DNA of 63,820 nucleotides, counting the filler. It is 6 parts of 6 records of this genome, joined end to end, with 100 filler letters (N's around TTAATTAATTAA, not from the genome) between each part and the next. Parts side by side here need not be neighbours in the genome. Positions count along the whole stretch, not along the records: positions 39,746 to 52,429 come from SRR20825019_2744; positions 52,530 to 63,820 come from SRR20825019_2752; 4 more parts are not named here. The stretch is one strand, 5' to 3'. Below are positions 50,410 to 60,073 of this stretch, in pieces; the stretch's first letter is position 1; each line of letters begins with the position of its first letter. The position numbers and the translations under genes were made by a program. Under the pieces are notes generated by a model. It worked only from the letters and a program-made list of their open reading frames with translations. It was not told the DNA's origin and made no database searches.

Positions 50410-52098
50410 ATGCGGTTTAAAATCCCGGCACGCCAGCCATCAAACTTTCGCGCATCGGCACGTTATCTCGCCGGGCGCAGTAAGGGCGTGACGCCTGAGC
50501 GGGTCCAATGGGTCTTTGCCCAAAACTTGCAAACGACCGATCCGGACGCCGCTGCTGCCATCATGGATGCGACCGCTGCGCGCTCAACCCGCTGCCGCAC
50601 GCCTGCCTACCATTTTATTCTGACCTTTGATCCAAAGGATGCGAAAGCGAAGAAGATCAGCCCGGACATTATGCGGGAGATTGCTGAGGAAACGATCTCG
50701 CGCATGGGGTTAAAGGAGTACCAGGCGCTGGTCTATGCCCATCGGGATACCGATCACCCGCATATGCACTTTCTGGTCAACCGGGTGCATCCGGTTGAGA
50801 GCAGGGCTTACAGTCGTCATGAGGACGGTAAACGCCTGACCGCACTCTGCCGCGACATTGCCAGAGAGCGGGGCCTCAATATCCCCAATGACCGCACCCG
50901 TGTGCGCGAGAACGAGCGCAACACCGGCCTCGATGATATTCCGCCGATGCCGACAGACGGGGACTATTGGCAGGCCAAAAACGGAGAGCGAGAGCCTGAG
51001 GCTGCTTTTCCCAAGGCCAAAGCAAATGAAATGCGCAAAGAGTTGCATGCGCTCTTTGGCAAGGCGACGTCATGGGAGCTGCTGTCCGACAGCCTAATGG
51101 AACGCGGCTATTACCTGCGCGAAAAGGGCCAGGGCATGGTGATCTCGGACGGTCTTGGTTATGTGAAACTGTCTGGCATGGGGCGCGGCATCCGCGCGAA
51201 GGGGCTTGAGAAACGCTTTGGGGAGAGCTTCAAGGCATTCGAGGTCCGGATGGCGGATAAGCTCAAGCGGCAGATTGATCGGGCACAGCCGCCGCTCGAT
51301 CTGCCGCCAGATATGAGTGACCAAGAACGCCGCCGCGCTGAAAAGCTCCATCGCTTGAAAGAGCGTGCTGCGTTTGAGCGCAAGGATCGTGTCCCGGCGC
51401 TGGATGAGGCCGACATTGAATTCCGCTACTGGCATATGCTGGAGCAGGGCCTGCGCCGCAAGGAACGCGATGTGGCGTACTGGAAGCGCCGTCATGGGGC
51501 TTTGGACGTGACCGTCGCCCGACGAGGCAAGCGCGCGCGTGATCAGAAGGTGGCTTTATCGAAGGAGCTGGCCAAGACCTATCGCGATCCTGAAAAGGCC
51601 ATGTCTCTCTGGAACAAGCTTGAGAAGGCTTACGGTGCCCGGGCCGCAACCAGTATGGTGCGGAAAGAGCCGTCCATCATCGGACGTTTGCAGGGTATCG
51701 ATGTGCTAGGCCGCAAGTCCGGCAAGCGAGAGAAGGCGGAAGCCACGCTCAAAGACCTCACCAAGCGCCGCCGCCAATGGAAATATGCCCGCGACGGCCT
51801 TGCTGATACCCAGGCCAAGCGAGAGCAGGCACTCCATAATCTCAACATCGCCCAGCGCGATCTCAACATGATGTATTTGGCCGTCGGCTCACCGGAACGG
51901 TTCCGGAAGATCGTCCTTGAGAAGATCAAACGCCGTGCCCAGGCACTCAATCGCGTGACCGCCAAGATGATCGAGCAATCGAACCTCACCGACGAGCGCA
52001 AACGGCAACTCACCAAAGCCTGGCGCCAACATCGCGAGCGTCAGCGGGAGAGAAGGCGAAAGCAGGGATTCGATATTCATAATGATTTTCATTTATAG
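50410..52098 (+). CDS. Relaxase (MOBP/VirD2-like) with BID-like region and basic C-terminal tail
   Basis: Motif I Tyr (ARYL), YHFILTFDP, AHRDTDHPHMHFLVNRVHP; Arg-rich end RQHRERQRERRRKQG. Confidence 0.9.
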   Translation: MRFKIPARQPSNFRASARYLAGRSKGVTPERVQWVFAQNLQTTDPDAAAAIMDATAARSTRCRTPAYHFILTFDPKDAKAKKISPDIMREIAEETISRMGLKEYQALVYAHRDTDHPHMHFLVNRVHPVESRAYSRHEDGKRLTALCRDIARERGLNIPNDRTRVRENERNTGLDDIPPMPTDGDYWQAKNGEREPEAAFPKAKANEMRKELHALFGKATSWELLSDSLMERGYYLREKGQGMVISDGLGYVKLSGMGRGIRAKGLEKRFGESFKAFEVRMADKLKRQIDRAQPPLDLPPDMSDQERRRAEKLHRLKERAAFERKDRVPALDEADIEFRYWHMLEQGLRRKERDVAYWKRRHGALDVTVARRGKRARDQKVALSKELAKTYRDPEKAMSLWNKLEKAYGARAATSMVRKEPSIIGRLQGIDVLGRKSGKREKAEATLKDLTKRRRQWKYARDGLADTQAKREQALHNLNIAQRDLNMMYLAVGSPERFRKIVLEKIKRRAQALNRVTAKMIEQSNLTDERKRQLTKAWRQHRERQRERRRKQGFDIHNDFHL

Positions 52099-52429
52099 AT
52101 TGTATTTAGGGATTCCTGATGAGGAACCTGGAGATGGATAATTGGGGCATTGAAAATCGGCAGCTTGGGTCTGACATTTTTGTTCGGTGTTTTGGCTTAC
52201 CGTTTGGTTCGCGTAGATCAAGTCGGTCAACAGGCTCAACGAGCTTCTCCCCTGGGCCTACGCTCAACAATGTCATGGAGTAGTCTCGTTAGAACCGTCT
52301 CGTATTGCCTTTGGTCTCCGCACCATCGCGTAAGTTCAGTTCCTTGACTAATTCCGTAAACTGGTTCGGTGCGGGCGGGGCCTTGGAGTTGTGAGCGACC
52401 GCTCTGCGAACCTCGGATTCCGCATTTTT

Positions 52430-52529
52430 NNNNNNNNNNNNNNNNNNNNNNNNNNNNNNNNNNNNNNNNNNNNTTAATTAATTAANNNNNNNNNNNNNNN
52501 NNNNNNNNNNNNNNNNNNNNNNNNNNNNN
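52430..52529. other. Artificial contig spacer
   Basis: N-run, TTAATTAATTAA, N-run. Confidence 0.99.
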
Positions 52530-53303
52530 GCCACCAGCAACAAGGAGCCCTCCCAGCTGATGAATCTAAGCTCATCGTTCGATGCATTCGTGCCTATGTT
52601 GTACCATCACTGCGCCATCGTCGAGCTGGGTGGTGCTGACCACCGCAATAGATCTTTGAACAGGTGTGACAAGTCTATATTCCGTTACCCAAACACAGAG
52701 GAGAACTCTGAGGCGTTGTACAAGCTCGTTTCGGCTGGGTTCCGTAGCCCCCCTGTGTGGAGAACAGGCTACACTGGAGTATCAAGCTTTGGTAGGGAGT
52801 TGGTATCCCCCATGTTTACAGATGGGGTAGTCATGTACCGCTTCAGCAACCTGTGCACCGAGGCCGCCATGTTTGGTCCTACCGACTTCCAATTGATTGC
52901 CCGTACCTTCCACACAGTGATCCTTCTGGATGTCCCCCAGATAGGGGCCGTCTCTAAGAACTGTGCTAAGCAGTTTATCATACTCGTCGATGAGCTCTAC
53001 CAACACAATGTAAAGCTGTGCATGACCACGGGAGTACCATGGGGTAACATGTTCGAGCCTGACCACGAAAACCCCGACGAGCGGGACTACTACACCCAGG
53101 GGGAGGATGAGAGGTCGGCATTCATTTCAGAGACAAACGGTTCCTTCAGGACACACGAGGAGACCCTCAGCTACAGTCGTATTGCTAGCCGTCTGACTGA
53201 GATGTCAACCATGGAGTACCTTCTCACACCCCACACCGAATTCGTAGTTTCCGATTTTGATTTCGAATCACTTGTTGGAGAGCTGCAGCGAATTACGGCT
53301 TAA
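52530..53303 (+). CDS. AFG1/ZapE family ATPase, 5'-partial (eukaryotic)
   Basis: Open from the contig start: ATSN..P..L, F..LC....GPTDF, FHTVILLDVP, FIILVDELY, R..SRL.EM. Confidence 0.85.
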   Translation, partial: ATSNKEPSQLMNLSSSFDAFVPMLYHHCAIVELGGADHRNRSLNRCDKSIFRYPNTEENSEALYKLVSAGFRSPPVWRTGYTGVSSFGRELVSPMFTDGVVMYRFSNLCTEAAMFGPTDFQLIARTFHTVILLDVPQIGAVSKNCAKQFIILVDELYQHNVKLCMTTGVPWGNMFEPDHENPDERDYYTQGEDERSAFISETNGSFRTHEETLSYSRIASRLTEMSTMEYLLTPHTEFVVSDFDFESLVGELQRITA

Positions 53304-53442
53304 TTTAATTTTTAGTATGCAAGTTGCTTCTTTCTCATGGATTATGATTGCTGTTTTCTTGAAGTTGAATTGTCGCATACACAATTCACTATTTTACTAT
53401 TTTTCACATTCCAAATTTCTATTCAAATAAAGGGCATTCATC

Positions 53443-54843
53443 ATGTCGTCGGTTCCAGTTCCCAGCATCCCCGAGGGTGCAGGGCCAGCATGGTCATTTA
53501 CCGACGGATACTACAACTCGGCCCAGTCTAAATTCGAAGGCAACTTTGAGATCAAGACCCATCCCATCAAGGGAAAGGGCCTGTATTCATTACGGTCGTA
53601 CGAGGTGGGGGATACTATCCTCTCCGAGACGGCTCTGGGATGTGCCCAGGACCTCTCCTCTTCCCACATCCCCCTATGCTCCCACTGCCTTGTGTCCCTA
53701 GAGTCCCCTCTAGATATATTTGCCCGGATAGTAGGATCGGGTGATCGCTTTGAGGAGGCGGCCGAGATCCACGGATGGCCCACCGCCCCCCGTCCTGTAG
53801 TACGATGTGCACAGCCATGTGGCGAGCTCTATTGCTCCGAGCAGTGTAAGGCTAATGCTGCCGCCGACCACCATAGAGCCATTTGTGGGTCTACAATGGA
53901 TGCTGCCCAGAAGGCTGCATACCGTCATTTCAAGGAACATCCCTGGCATCAAGCCGGGGTGGATTATACAGATACACACGTCCTAGGTGTGCGTCTGGTT
54001 GCCAAGGCCCTTACTGCCCATCGGTTTGGAGGTATGACCATGGAGGATGCCTTCTCCCCCATGGAGCAGCTTATCAAGGCCCCCCTCCACGCCTTCCGCT
54101 TCTCCTTCCTCATCCGCCCCGACACTCCCGTCGACAAGCTGTTGGATGAGGAGGTACTTAACCGACGAAACTGGCAGGAGGCCAAGGATACCAGAAAAGC
54201 CTTGATGGACGAGAATGTCAAGGATAGCGAGGGGGTATCCAACAAGGAAATGATTACCAAGGGTTTGGATTTGGTCTATACTATATTTAAGATGACTGCC
54301 GAGGAGAAGAGCTACATTAACCCCATGAGGTGGTCTAGTCTCCTCGGAGCCATCCTCCTCAACGGCCAGGAACGGTCCCCCCATAGCCCCTATGTCCTCT
54401 TTAAGAACGCCCTCAAGGAAGCCGGCGACGACACCCAACTCAAACTCCTCCATCAGTCCCTCAAGGCCGAGGGTAAGGCCCTTAAGGAGATGAAGAGCAG
54501 CACCAGGGGACAGGCCATCTACAATGTGGGTTGCCTATTCAACCACTCCTGTCACCCTAACCTCGAAATGCAATACGACGATGAGAAGAATGACGAGACT
54601 TTGGTGGCTCTCTGCCTCCGACCCATTAAGGCCGGCGATGAGATATGCATTAGCTACATCGACGAGGATATGACATTTTATGAGCGGCAGGAGCAGCTTG
54701 CTGAGCACTACCTTTTCGATTGTGGCTGTAGTAAATGCGAGGCTCAGGCCATCGAGTTGGGGCTAACCAAGGCCGTAAAGGAGGCTGTAACACTGCCTGT
54801 CTCGGACGATAAAATCGACGAGGTCTACTTCACTGTCGAGTAA
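53443..54843 (+). CDS. SMYD-like SET/MYND domain protein
   Basis: KGKGLY, CSHC...C...C...YCS..C...HH..IC, FNHSCHPN, GDEICISY, FDCGCSKC. Confidence 0.9.
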   Translation: MSSVPVPSIPEGAGPAWSFTDGYYNSAQSKFEGNFEIKTHPIKGKGLYSLRSYEVGDTILSETALGCAQDLSSSHIPLCSHCLVSLESPLDIFARIVGSGDRFEEAAEIHGWPTAPRPVVRCAQPCGELYCSEQCKANAAADHHRAICGSTMDAAQKAAYRHFKEHPWHQAGVDYTDTHVLGVRLVAKALTAHRFGGMTMEDAFSPMEQLIKAPLHAFRFSFLIRPDTPVDKLLDEEVLNRRNWQEAKDTRKALMDENVKDSEGVSNKEMITKGLDLVYTIFKMTAEEKSYINPMRWSSLLGAILLNGQERSPHSPYVLFKNALKEAGDDTQLKLLHQSLKAEGKALKEMKSSTRGQAIYNVGCLFNHSCHPNLEMQYDDEKNDETLVALCLRPIKAGDEICISYIDEDMTFYERQEQLAEHYLFDCGCSKCEAQAIELGLTKAVKEAVTLPVSDDKIDEVYFTVE

Positions 54844-54998
54844 CAATCAACCTGTTAAGTTGTTCTGAATTTGTGTGTGGTATACTGTATTTGAATTATC
54901 ATGATTTCATTGTTTAAATCATAACGATTACCTTTAATATTCCTCTTTTTCAAAGTGTTGGCGATATTTTAGTAAGTTAACGCTAACTACACAACATA

Positions 54999-55802
54999 AT
55001 GACGACCCCTGCCCGCTCCCAGCGTATCCGTGGGCTTAGTTTCAAGCAGGAGTATAGCAGCCAAGCCCAGTCCTCCATCTTCCAGCGGATGAAGGCCCGT
55101 GTAAATGGGCAGCAGCGGGGCCGTGCCCCCTCTATGGTGCAGGACTTTGGCAAGGATCTCATCCCCGCTAAGGACCCCATATTTGAGGATCGCATCACGG
55201 TTGTCCTTGATCTCGACGAGACCCTTATCTATGCTCGCGAGGGGCCCCTCTACGCCCGCCCCGGTCTAGATGAGCTGATGAAGTTCCTCAAGGACCACAC
55301 CGAGGCCATCGTATGGACTGCTGGTGTTAAGACGTACGCCCAGGCCGTCGTAAGGAATATTGACAAGTTTGGTGCCATCCAGCACACCGTTTACCGCCAC
55401 CGTAAGTGGTTCAGTGGCTGTGCTGGCTACAACAAGGATCTTACCCTTCTTGGCCGTAACCTCGCCACCACCCTCATCATCGAGAACACCCCCGATTGTG
55501 TCCGTGGTAACGAGGCCAATGGTATCCTTGTGGCCGACTACGAGGGGGGTGAGCTCAGTGACAACACCCTCCCTGCTATTCTGATGCTCCTCAAGGATCT
55601 CGTTGGCAGGAGGGCTAAGGAGGGCATCTCAGTCAGCAAGTATGTGCAGACATCCGCATTCCTGTCCCGTCAGCGAATCCCCACCGACGCAGGAGACGTC
55701 ATGCACTGTTTCTGCCTGGATGTCAATGATGCTGAGCTGTTCCGCATGCAGAAGGAGGCGCGTGTTAACAAGGACCTCCCACTTGCTAGCCGTCGGCGGT
55801 GA
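54999..55802 (+). CDS. NIF/FCP1-like CTD phosphatase (HAD family)
   Basis: VLDLDETL, RPGLDE, WTAG...YA, KDL..LGR. Confidence 0.9.
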   Translation: MTTPARSQRIRGLSFKQEYSSQAQSSIFQRMKARVNGQQRGRAPSMVQDFGKDLIPAKDPIFEDRITVVLDLDETLIYAREGPLYARPGLDELMKFLKDHTEAIVWTAGVKTYAQAVVRNIDKFGAIQHTVYRHRKWFSGCAGYNKDLTLLGRNLATTLIIENTPDCVRGNEANGILVADYEGGELSDNTLPAILMLLKDLVGRRAKEGISVSKYVQTSAFLSRQRIPTDAGDVMHCFCLDVNDAELFRMQKEARVNKDLPLASRRR

Positions 55803-56091
55803 ATAACTGCCTGAATTGGCTATCCTCTCTAAAAAATCACCCCTATGCCACATTAAATATTTTGTATTTTTAATACACTCGCCCACACACAGCCTTTATT
55901 CGCCACACAATCGAATCCCGTTAGTAGTACTTGAGACTGAATGAATGTAAACAATACCGTTGTTGTCTTCGCAACGTATGAGTGGGCTTCTTAAATCTTC
56001 CAACTTCAACTTCCCCTTTTTATTTGTATGAATTGTGTTGTGTTTGATATACAGTTGATGAGATATTATATTTCAATTTTAGTTCTACTTT

Positions 56092-58935
56092 ATGGAAAGC
56101 GCACTGCGTAAGATCCAGGACCGTGTGCAGTCCAAGGTCAAAATAAAGAAGACGGCGAAGGGGTCCCGCTACTTTGGTACCGCCCACCGAGGGGAGATGC
56201 TAGAGCTCTCCCAGGACCTCCAAGGAAGCGATAAGGATAAGCAGAAGAAGGCCGTCAAGCGTATCATTGCCAACATGACCGTAGGCCGCGACGTCAGCTC
56301 CCTTTTCACAGATGTAGTTAAGCTTGGTCAGACCTTCAACGTCGAGCTGAAGAAGCTTGTGTACCTCTACATCCTTAACACCGCCCGCATGCAGCAGGAG
56401 ACGGCCCTCCTGTGTGTCAACACTTTCCTCCAGGATGTTACTCATCAGTCCTCCATCATCAGGGCGTTGGCCCTCCGCACCATGATGTGCATCCGTGTCG
56501 ATGCCGTCGTTGAGTACACCCTCGACCCCCTCCGTCGCTGTATTTCGGATGAGGACCCCTATGTCCGCAAGACGGCTGCATTGGGCATCGGAAAGCTGTT
56601 CCACGTCAACCCCCGTATGTTCTACGACAATGGCTTCATGGATGACCTCCTTAAACTCCTCGGGGATAAGTTCCCACTAGTGTCCTCCAACGCCGCCGTC
56701 GTCCTCCAGGAAATTAACACCTATGGTAGCCATCCCCACCGCCTTACCCCCGACCAGATCAGCAAGTTGATCAACGCCATGCCCGAGGCTACTGAGTGGG
56801 GGCAGTGCTACATCCTAGACCTGCTGAGCACCACCCCTGTGATTGCTGCTGAGGCCCGCACTTTGGTTGAGCGCACCATTCCCCGTCTAGGCCACACCAA
56901 CCCCTGTGTGTCTACATCCGCTATCAAGCTCATTGTGAACCTCCTCCCACAGGTACAGGATGAGGAGCTTATCAAGAAAGCCACCGGTCGTATCAACTCG
57001 GCCCTGGTAACTCTTGCTAAGTCCGACCCCGAGACCCAGTACATTACCTGCAAGAATGTCCTCATGCTCGCCCCCCTTATGCCCGGCCTCCTCCGCAACA
57101 ACTTAGATAGCTTCTACATTCGGTTCAGCGACCCACTCTACGTCAAGATGGAGAAGCTCAAGCTGTTGATGCAGCTCGCAGACGAGTCCAATGCCGCCAC
57201 AGTCGTCCGGGAGCTCCAGGAGTACACCACTGAGACCGAAATCCTCTTCGTCCGCGAGGTGGTTGCTGCCTTCGCTACCCTTGCCTTAAAGGTCGAGTCG
57301 GTGTCTGAGCCATGTGCCATCTTCTTGGGCCAGTTGGCTGGCCGTCAGCCCGAGCTACTACCCCATATCGTATCAGCCTCTAAGAATATTGTCCGCAAGC
57401 ACCCCGAGCATCTTATCCTCGGACAGCTACTACGTAATCATGCCGCCGATAGCCTGGTAGATGAGGATGCCAAGGTGTCGCTGGTATGGATGCTTGGAGA
57501 GTTCTGTGACTTTGTGGAGGGTGGCCCCGAGCTCATTCAGGGCTTCCTCGACAACCTCCTCCAACACGAGCCCGCCGTCCAACTATCCCTTCTCACCGCT
57601 GTGGTTAAGATCTTCCTTCGTAGCCCAGATCGTATGGAGAAGGCCCTCAGCACTACCCTCGAGTTCCTCACCCAGAAGTCACGCCATCCTGATATCCGTG
57701 ACCGCGCTCATTTCTACTGGCGCCTCCTTACCCGCGAGCTGGGAGTCGAGAAGATGAAGCAGGTGGTGCACGGCCGTACCGCACCCGTCGAAGTCAATCG
57801 CAGCTACGCAGAGGGTATGACCATTGCCGACCTCCGCCAGGGTCTCAATACCGCCGTCGCCATCTACGGCCGTCCTGCCCGCTCCTTCGTGCCAGTGTAT
57901 GGTGGTACCATCCTTACTGAGGAGGACATGGATGACGATGACATTATTGATGTGGAGGAGGAGGGTATTGTGGACGAGGAGCAGGAGGAGAGCATGACCC
58001 CACAGGGATCTACCCCCACCCAACCCACAGCAGGAGGGCACGCCGACCCCTTCGACGACATCTTTGCTGCACCCAAGCCAGTCACCGCCCCCAAGCCTAC
58101 CCCTTCTGCAGCCCTTGACGACGATCTCTGGGGCTCTCCAACACCCACACCAACTAAGCCTACCGCTCAAGCCGCTAGCTCCGCCCCCCAGGCAGTTGTA
58201 CACCAAGACCCTGCCCTTCATGTAAAGGCACACATTACCTTGGGTGCCAAGCCCGTATTGGCGCTAGCCCTTTCATGTGTCGGAGGTGCCCCACTCACAA
58301 ACTTCGTTATGCAGATTAACAAGAATATTTGTGGCGTGGCGTTGGCCATGCCCCTTGCCCAAGTGCTCCCTCAGCAGTCGGTCTCGTCCGGCTCCACCAT
58401 TCAGTGCAACGTACCCCTTACTTTCAGCGAGAGCCACGTCGGTGGTGACGGGCTTAAGGTTGAGGTGGGACTCAAGTCCTCCAACGGGCTGGTCCGATTC
58501 TTCGTCCCCATGTCTGGTCGCAGCATATTGTCTGCACCCCCTGCCATCGAGAGGGCCGCCTATGTATCCACCTGGAAGTCCCTTGGGGATAGCTGTGAGT
58601 TCAAGACGGGCGTCGACGGCTCTGGGGCCCTATCAGCCGGAGTGGCTGCCGTACAGCAGGAACTTGGTAAGTATATTACCATTGTAGCCCACTCTGTCAG
58701 GGATGGCGCCGAGGTGATCTTTGGAGCAGCCAAGACACACATGGGCACCTCTGCCCTCGTGGAGGTTCAACTCAATACCCGTACCCCCGCCTCTAGCTCC
58801 ATTACGTGTAAGGGGGTCAGCGGTGCGGCTACCGTCCTGGCTGGTGTTGCCGAGCTCATGATGGAGCTGTTCCCCTCACGAGGACAGGCCAAGACTAACG
58901 CTACGGCCAGTGCCCTTGATGACCTTTTTGCTTAA
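56092..58935 (+). CDS. Beta-adaptin (AP-1/AP-2 beta type) with hinge and appendage
   Basis: AVKRIIANMTVGRDVS.LF.DVV, LKKLVYLY, IRALALRTM, DPYVRKTAA, TEWGQ, DIRDRA.FYWRLL. Confidence 0.93.
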   Translation: MESALRKIQDRVQSKVKIKKTAKGSRYFGTAHRGEMLELSQDLQGSDKDKQKKAVKRIIANMTVGRDVSSLFTDVVKLGQTFNVELKKLVYLYILNTARMQQETALLCVNTFLQDVTHQSSIIRALALRTMMCIRVDAVVEYTLDPLRRCISDEDPYVRKTAALGIGKLFHVNPRMFYDNGFMDDLLKLLGDKFPLVSSNAAVVLQEINTYGSHPHRLTPDQISKLINAMPEATEWGQCYILDLLSTTPVIAAEARTLVERTIPRLGHTNPCVSTSAIKLIVNLLPQVQDEELIKKATGRINSALVTLAKSDPETQYITCKNVLMLAPLMPGLLRNNLDSFYIRFSDPLYVKMEKLKLLMQLADESNAATVVRELQEYTTETEILFVREVVAAFATLALKVESVSEPCAIFLGQLAGRQPELLPHIVSASKNIVRKHPEHLILGQLLRNHAADSLVDEDAKVSLVWMLGEFCDFVEGGPELIQGFLDNLLQHEPAVQLSLLTAVVKIFLRSPDRMEKALSTTLEFLTQKSRHPDIRDRAHFYWRLLTRELGVEKMKQVVHGRTAPVEVNRSYAEGMTIADLRQGLNTAVAIYGRPARSFVPVYGGTILTEEDMDDDDIIDVEEEGIVDEEQEESMTPQGSTPTQPTAGGHADPFDDIFAAPKPVTAPKPTPSAALDDDLWGSPTPTPTKPTAQAASSAPQAVVHQDPALHVKAHITLGAKPVLALALSCVGGAPLTNFVMQINKNICGVALAMPLAQVLPQQSVSSGSTIQCNVPLTFSESHVGGDGLKVEVGLKSSNGLVRFFVPMSGRSILSAPPAIERAAYVSTWKSLGDSCEFKTGVDGSGALSAGVAAVQQELGKYITIVAHSVRDGAEVIFGAAKTHMGTSALVEVQLNTRTPASSSITCKGVSGAATVLAGVAELMMELFPSRGQAKTNATASALDDLFA

Positions 58936-59020
58936 AATGACGACACTTAGCGTATTTACACACCCTTCAAACTTCCCTTTTTGACTCTTTATTTTTACTT
59001 TCGTGTATAATCTGAATTTT

Positions 59021-59043
59021 AAACTTTCCTTTTTTCCAGTAGG
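59021..59043 (+). promoter_or_regulatory. Polypyrimidine tract and AG trans-splice acceptor(s)
   Basis: AAACTTTCCTTTTTTCCAGTAG just before the ATG; similar tracts precede the genes at 60074 and 61988. Confidence 0.6.
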
Positions 59044-59048
59044 TCCAA

Positions 59049-59828
59049 ATGTTCCGTCGTGTCGGTGCCGCCAGCGTTGCTCGCGTGGCCGGAGCTGCCC
59101 GTCTCTACACCCCCTCCGAGGACCTTAAGAAGCTGTACGCCTCCAGCTTCGAGAACCAGGTCTACCCCGTCGACATCGTCCCCAGCGATAGCACCATGTT
59201 CGCCAAGTTCCTTTACAAGGCCACCGAGCCCAAGGGTGCCTTCGACACCGTCCTCAACGACTTCAAGGCCATCAACACCGCCTCCACCAAGCTGCCCGTC
59301 TTCTGGCAGCGTACCGCCGATATCGAGGGTATGGCCGAGTTCAAGTCTCTCTCCGCCCCCACCTACTTCACCCTGGTGTGGATGCAGAAGAACGGTATGC
59401 TCGAGCTCCTCCCCGAGGTCCAGGGTGCCTTCGAGACCTTCGTCAACGCCCAGCGCAAGAAGGTCGTCGCCACCGTCTACGTCGGAGATGAGAAGGACGC
59501 CACCTCCATCGCCACCGCCAAGAAGGCCGCCCAGGAGCTCCACAAGTCCAACAAGACTCTGTCCTCCTACTCCCTCGACTTCAAGGTTGTCCTCGACAAG
59601 CAGATCGTCAGCGGATTCGCCGTCGATATCTCCGGTCAATACATCAACGAGGCCAAGGGTCTCGTGACCACCACTGAGACCGCCGCCGGCGATGTCGACT
59701 ACACCAACATCCCCGCCGCTAAGGTGTTCGCCACCAGCTGGGACGATAACGTCGAGACTGAGGTGCTCCGTCGCTACTTCGACCAGCTCGCCGCCTATGA
59801 CGCCGAGGAGGCCAAGATGGGCGTGTAA
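59049..59828 (+). CDS. Mitochondrial ATP synthase OSCP subunit, kinetoplastid type
   Basis: MFRR targeting peptide; LKKLYAS.FEN, PSDS..FAKFLYKA, KLP.FW.RT, FTLVWMQ.NGML, WDDN.ETEVLR as recalled for trypanosomatid OSCP; strong codon bias. Confidence 0.88.
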   Translation: MFRRVGAASVARVAGAARLYTPSEDLKKLYASSFENQVYPVDIVPSDSTMFAKFLYKATEPKGAFDTVLNDFKAINTASTKLPVFWQRTADIEGMAEFKSLSAPTYFTLVWMQKNGMLELLPEVQGAFETFVNAQRKKVVATVYVGDEKDATSIATAKKAAQELHKSNKTLSSYSLDFKVVLDKQIVSGFAVDISGQYINEAKGLVTTTETAAGDVDYTNIPAAKVFATSWDDNVETEVLRRYFDQLAAYDAEEAKMGV

Positions 59829-60073
59829 ATACTAGTATGTCAGAAATCAGAGGGTTATTCGTAATTTAATGGTTAGGTGACCGTAGTGAAACAATTACCA
59901 ATGTATGTGTTCTCTTAGGGGGGTGGTTCCGTTGTATACGGATCATTCCCTTGTAGAGGAGTGAGTTAACGGTGTATTGTGATCGTGTTCAATCTAGTTG
60001 TTATGTTCCCTTTCCCCCCTCCCCTTTTTCACTTAGAAAGAAAGTCAAATCTAGTAAAAGTTATTGCTAAAAA

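Larger units (their letters stand above)
39746..52429. mobile_element. Integrative mobilizable element / defence island
   Basis: tRNA-adjacent; integrase, att sites, Xis-like protein, relaxase, T4CP, AbiE and Dsr1; no core genes on the contig. Confidence 0.85.

Noticed and set aside
52100-52429. Possible truncated minus-strand gene at the island's right edge
   Set aside because: More than one frame is open and none has a recognisable motif; cannot be called
7920-52529. Recurrent TTAATTAATTAA palindrome within N-runs (five copies)
   Set aside because: Identical 100-nt artificial contig linker; adjacency across it has no biological meaning
52098-53303. Apparent bacterial-to-eukaryote junction suggesting T4SS-mediated gene transfer
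   Set aside because: The relaxase island and the kinetoplastid genes are on different contigs separated by a spacer
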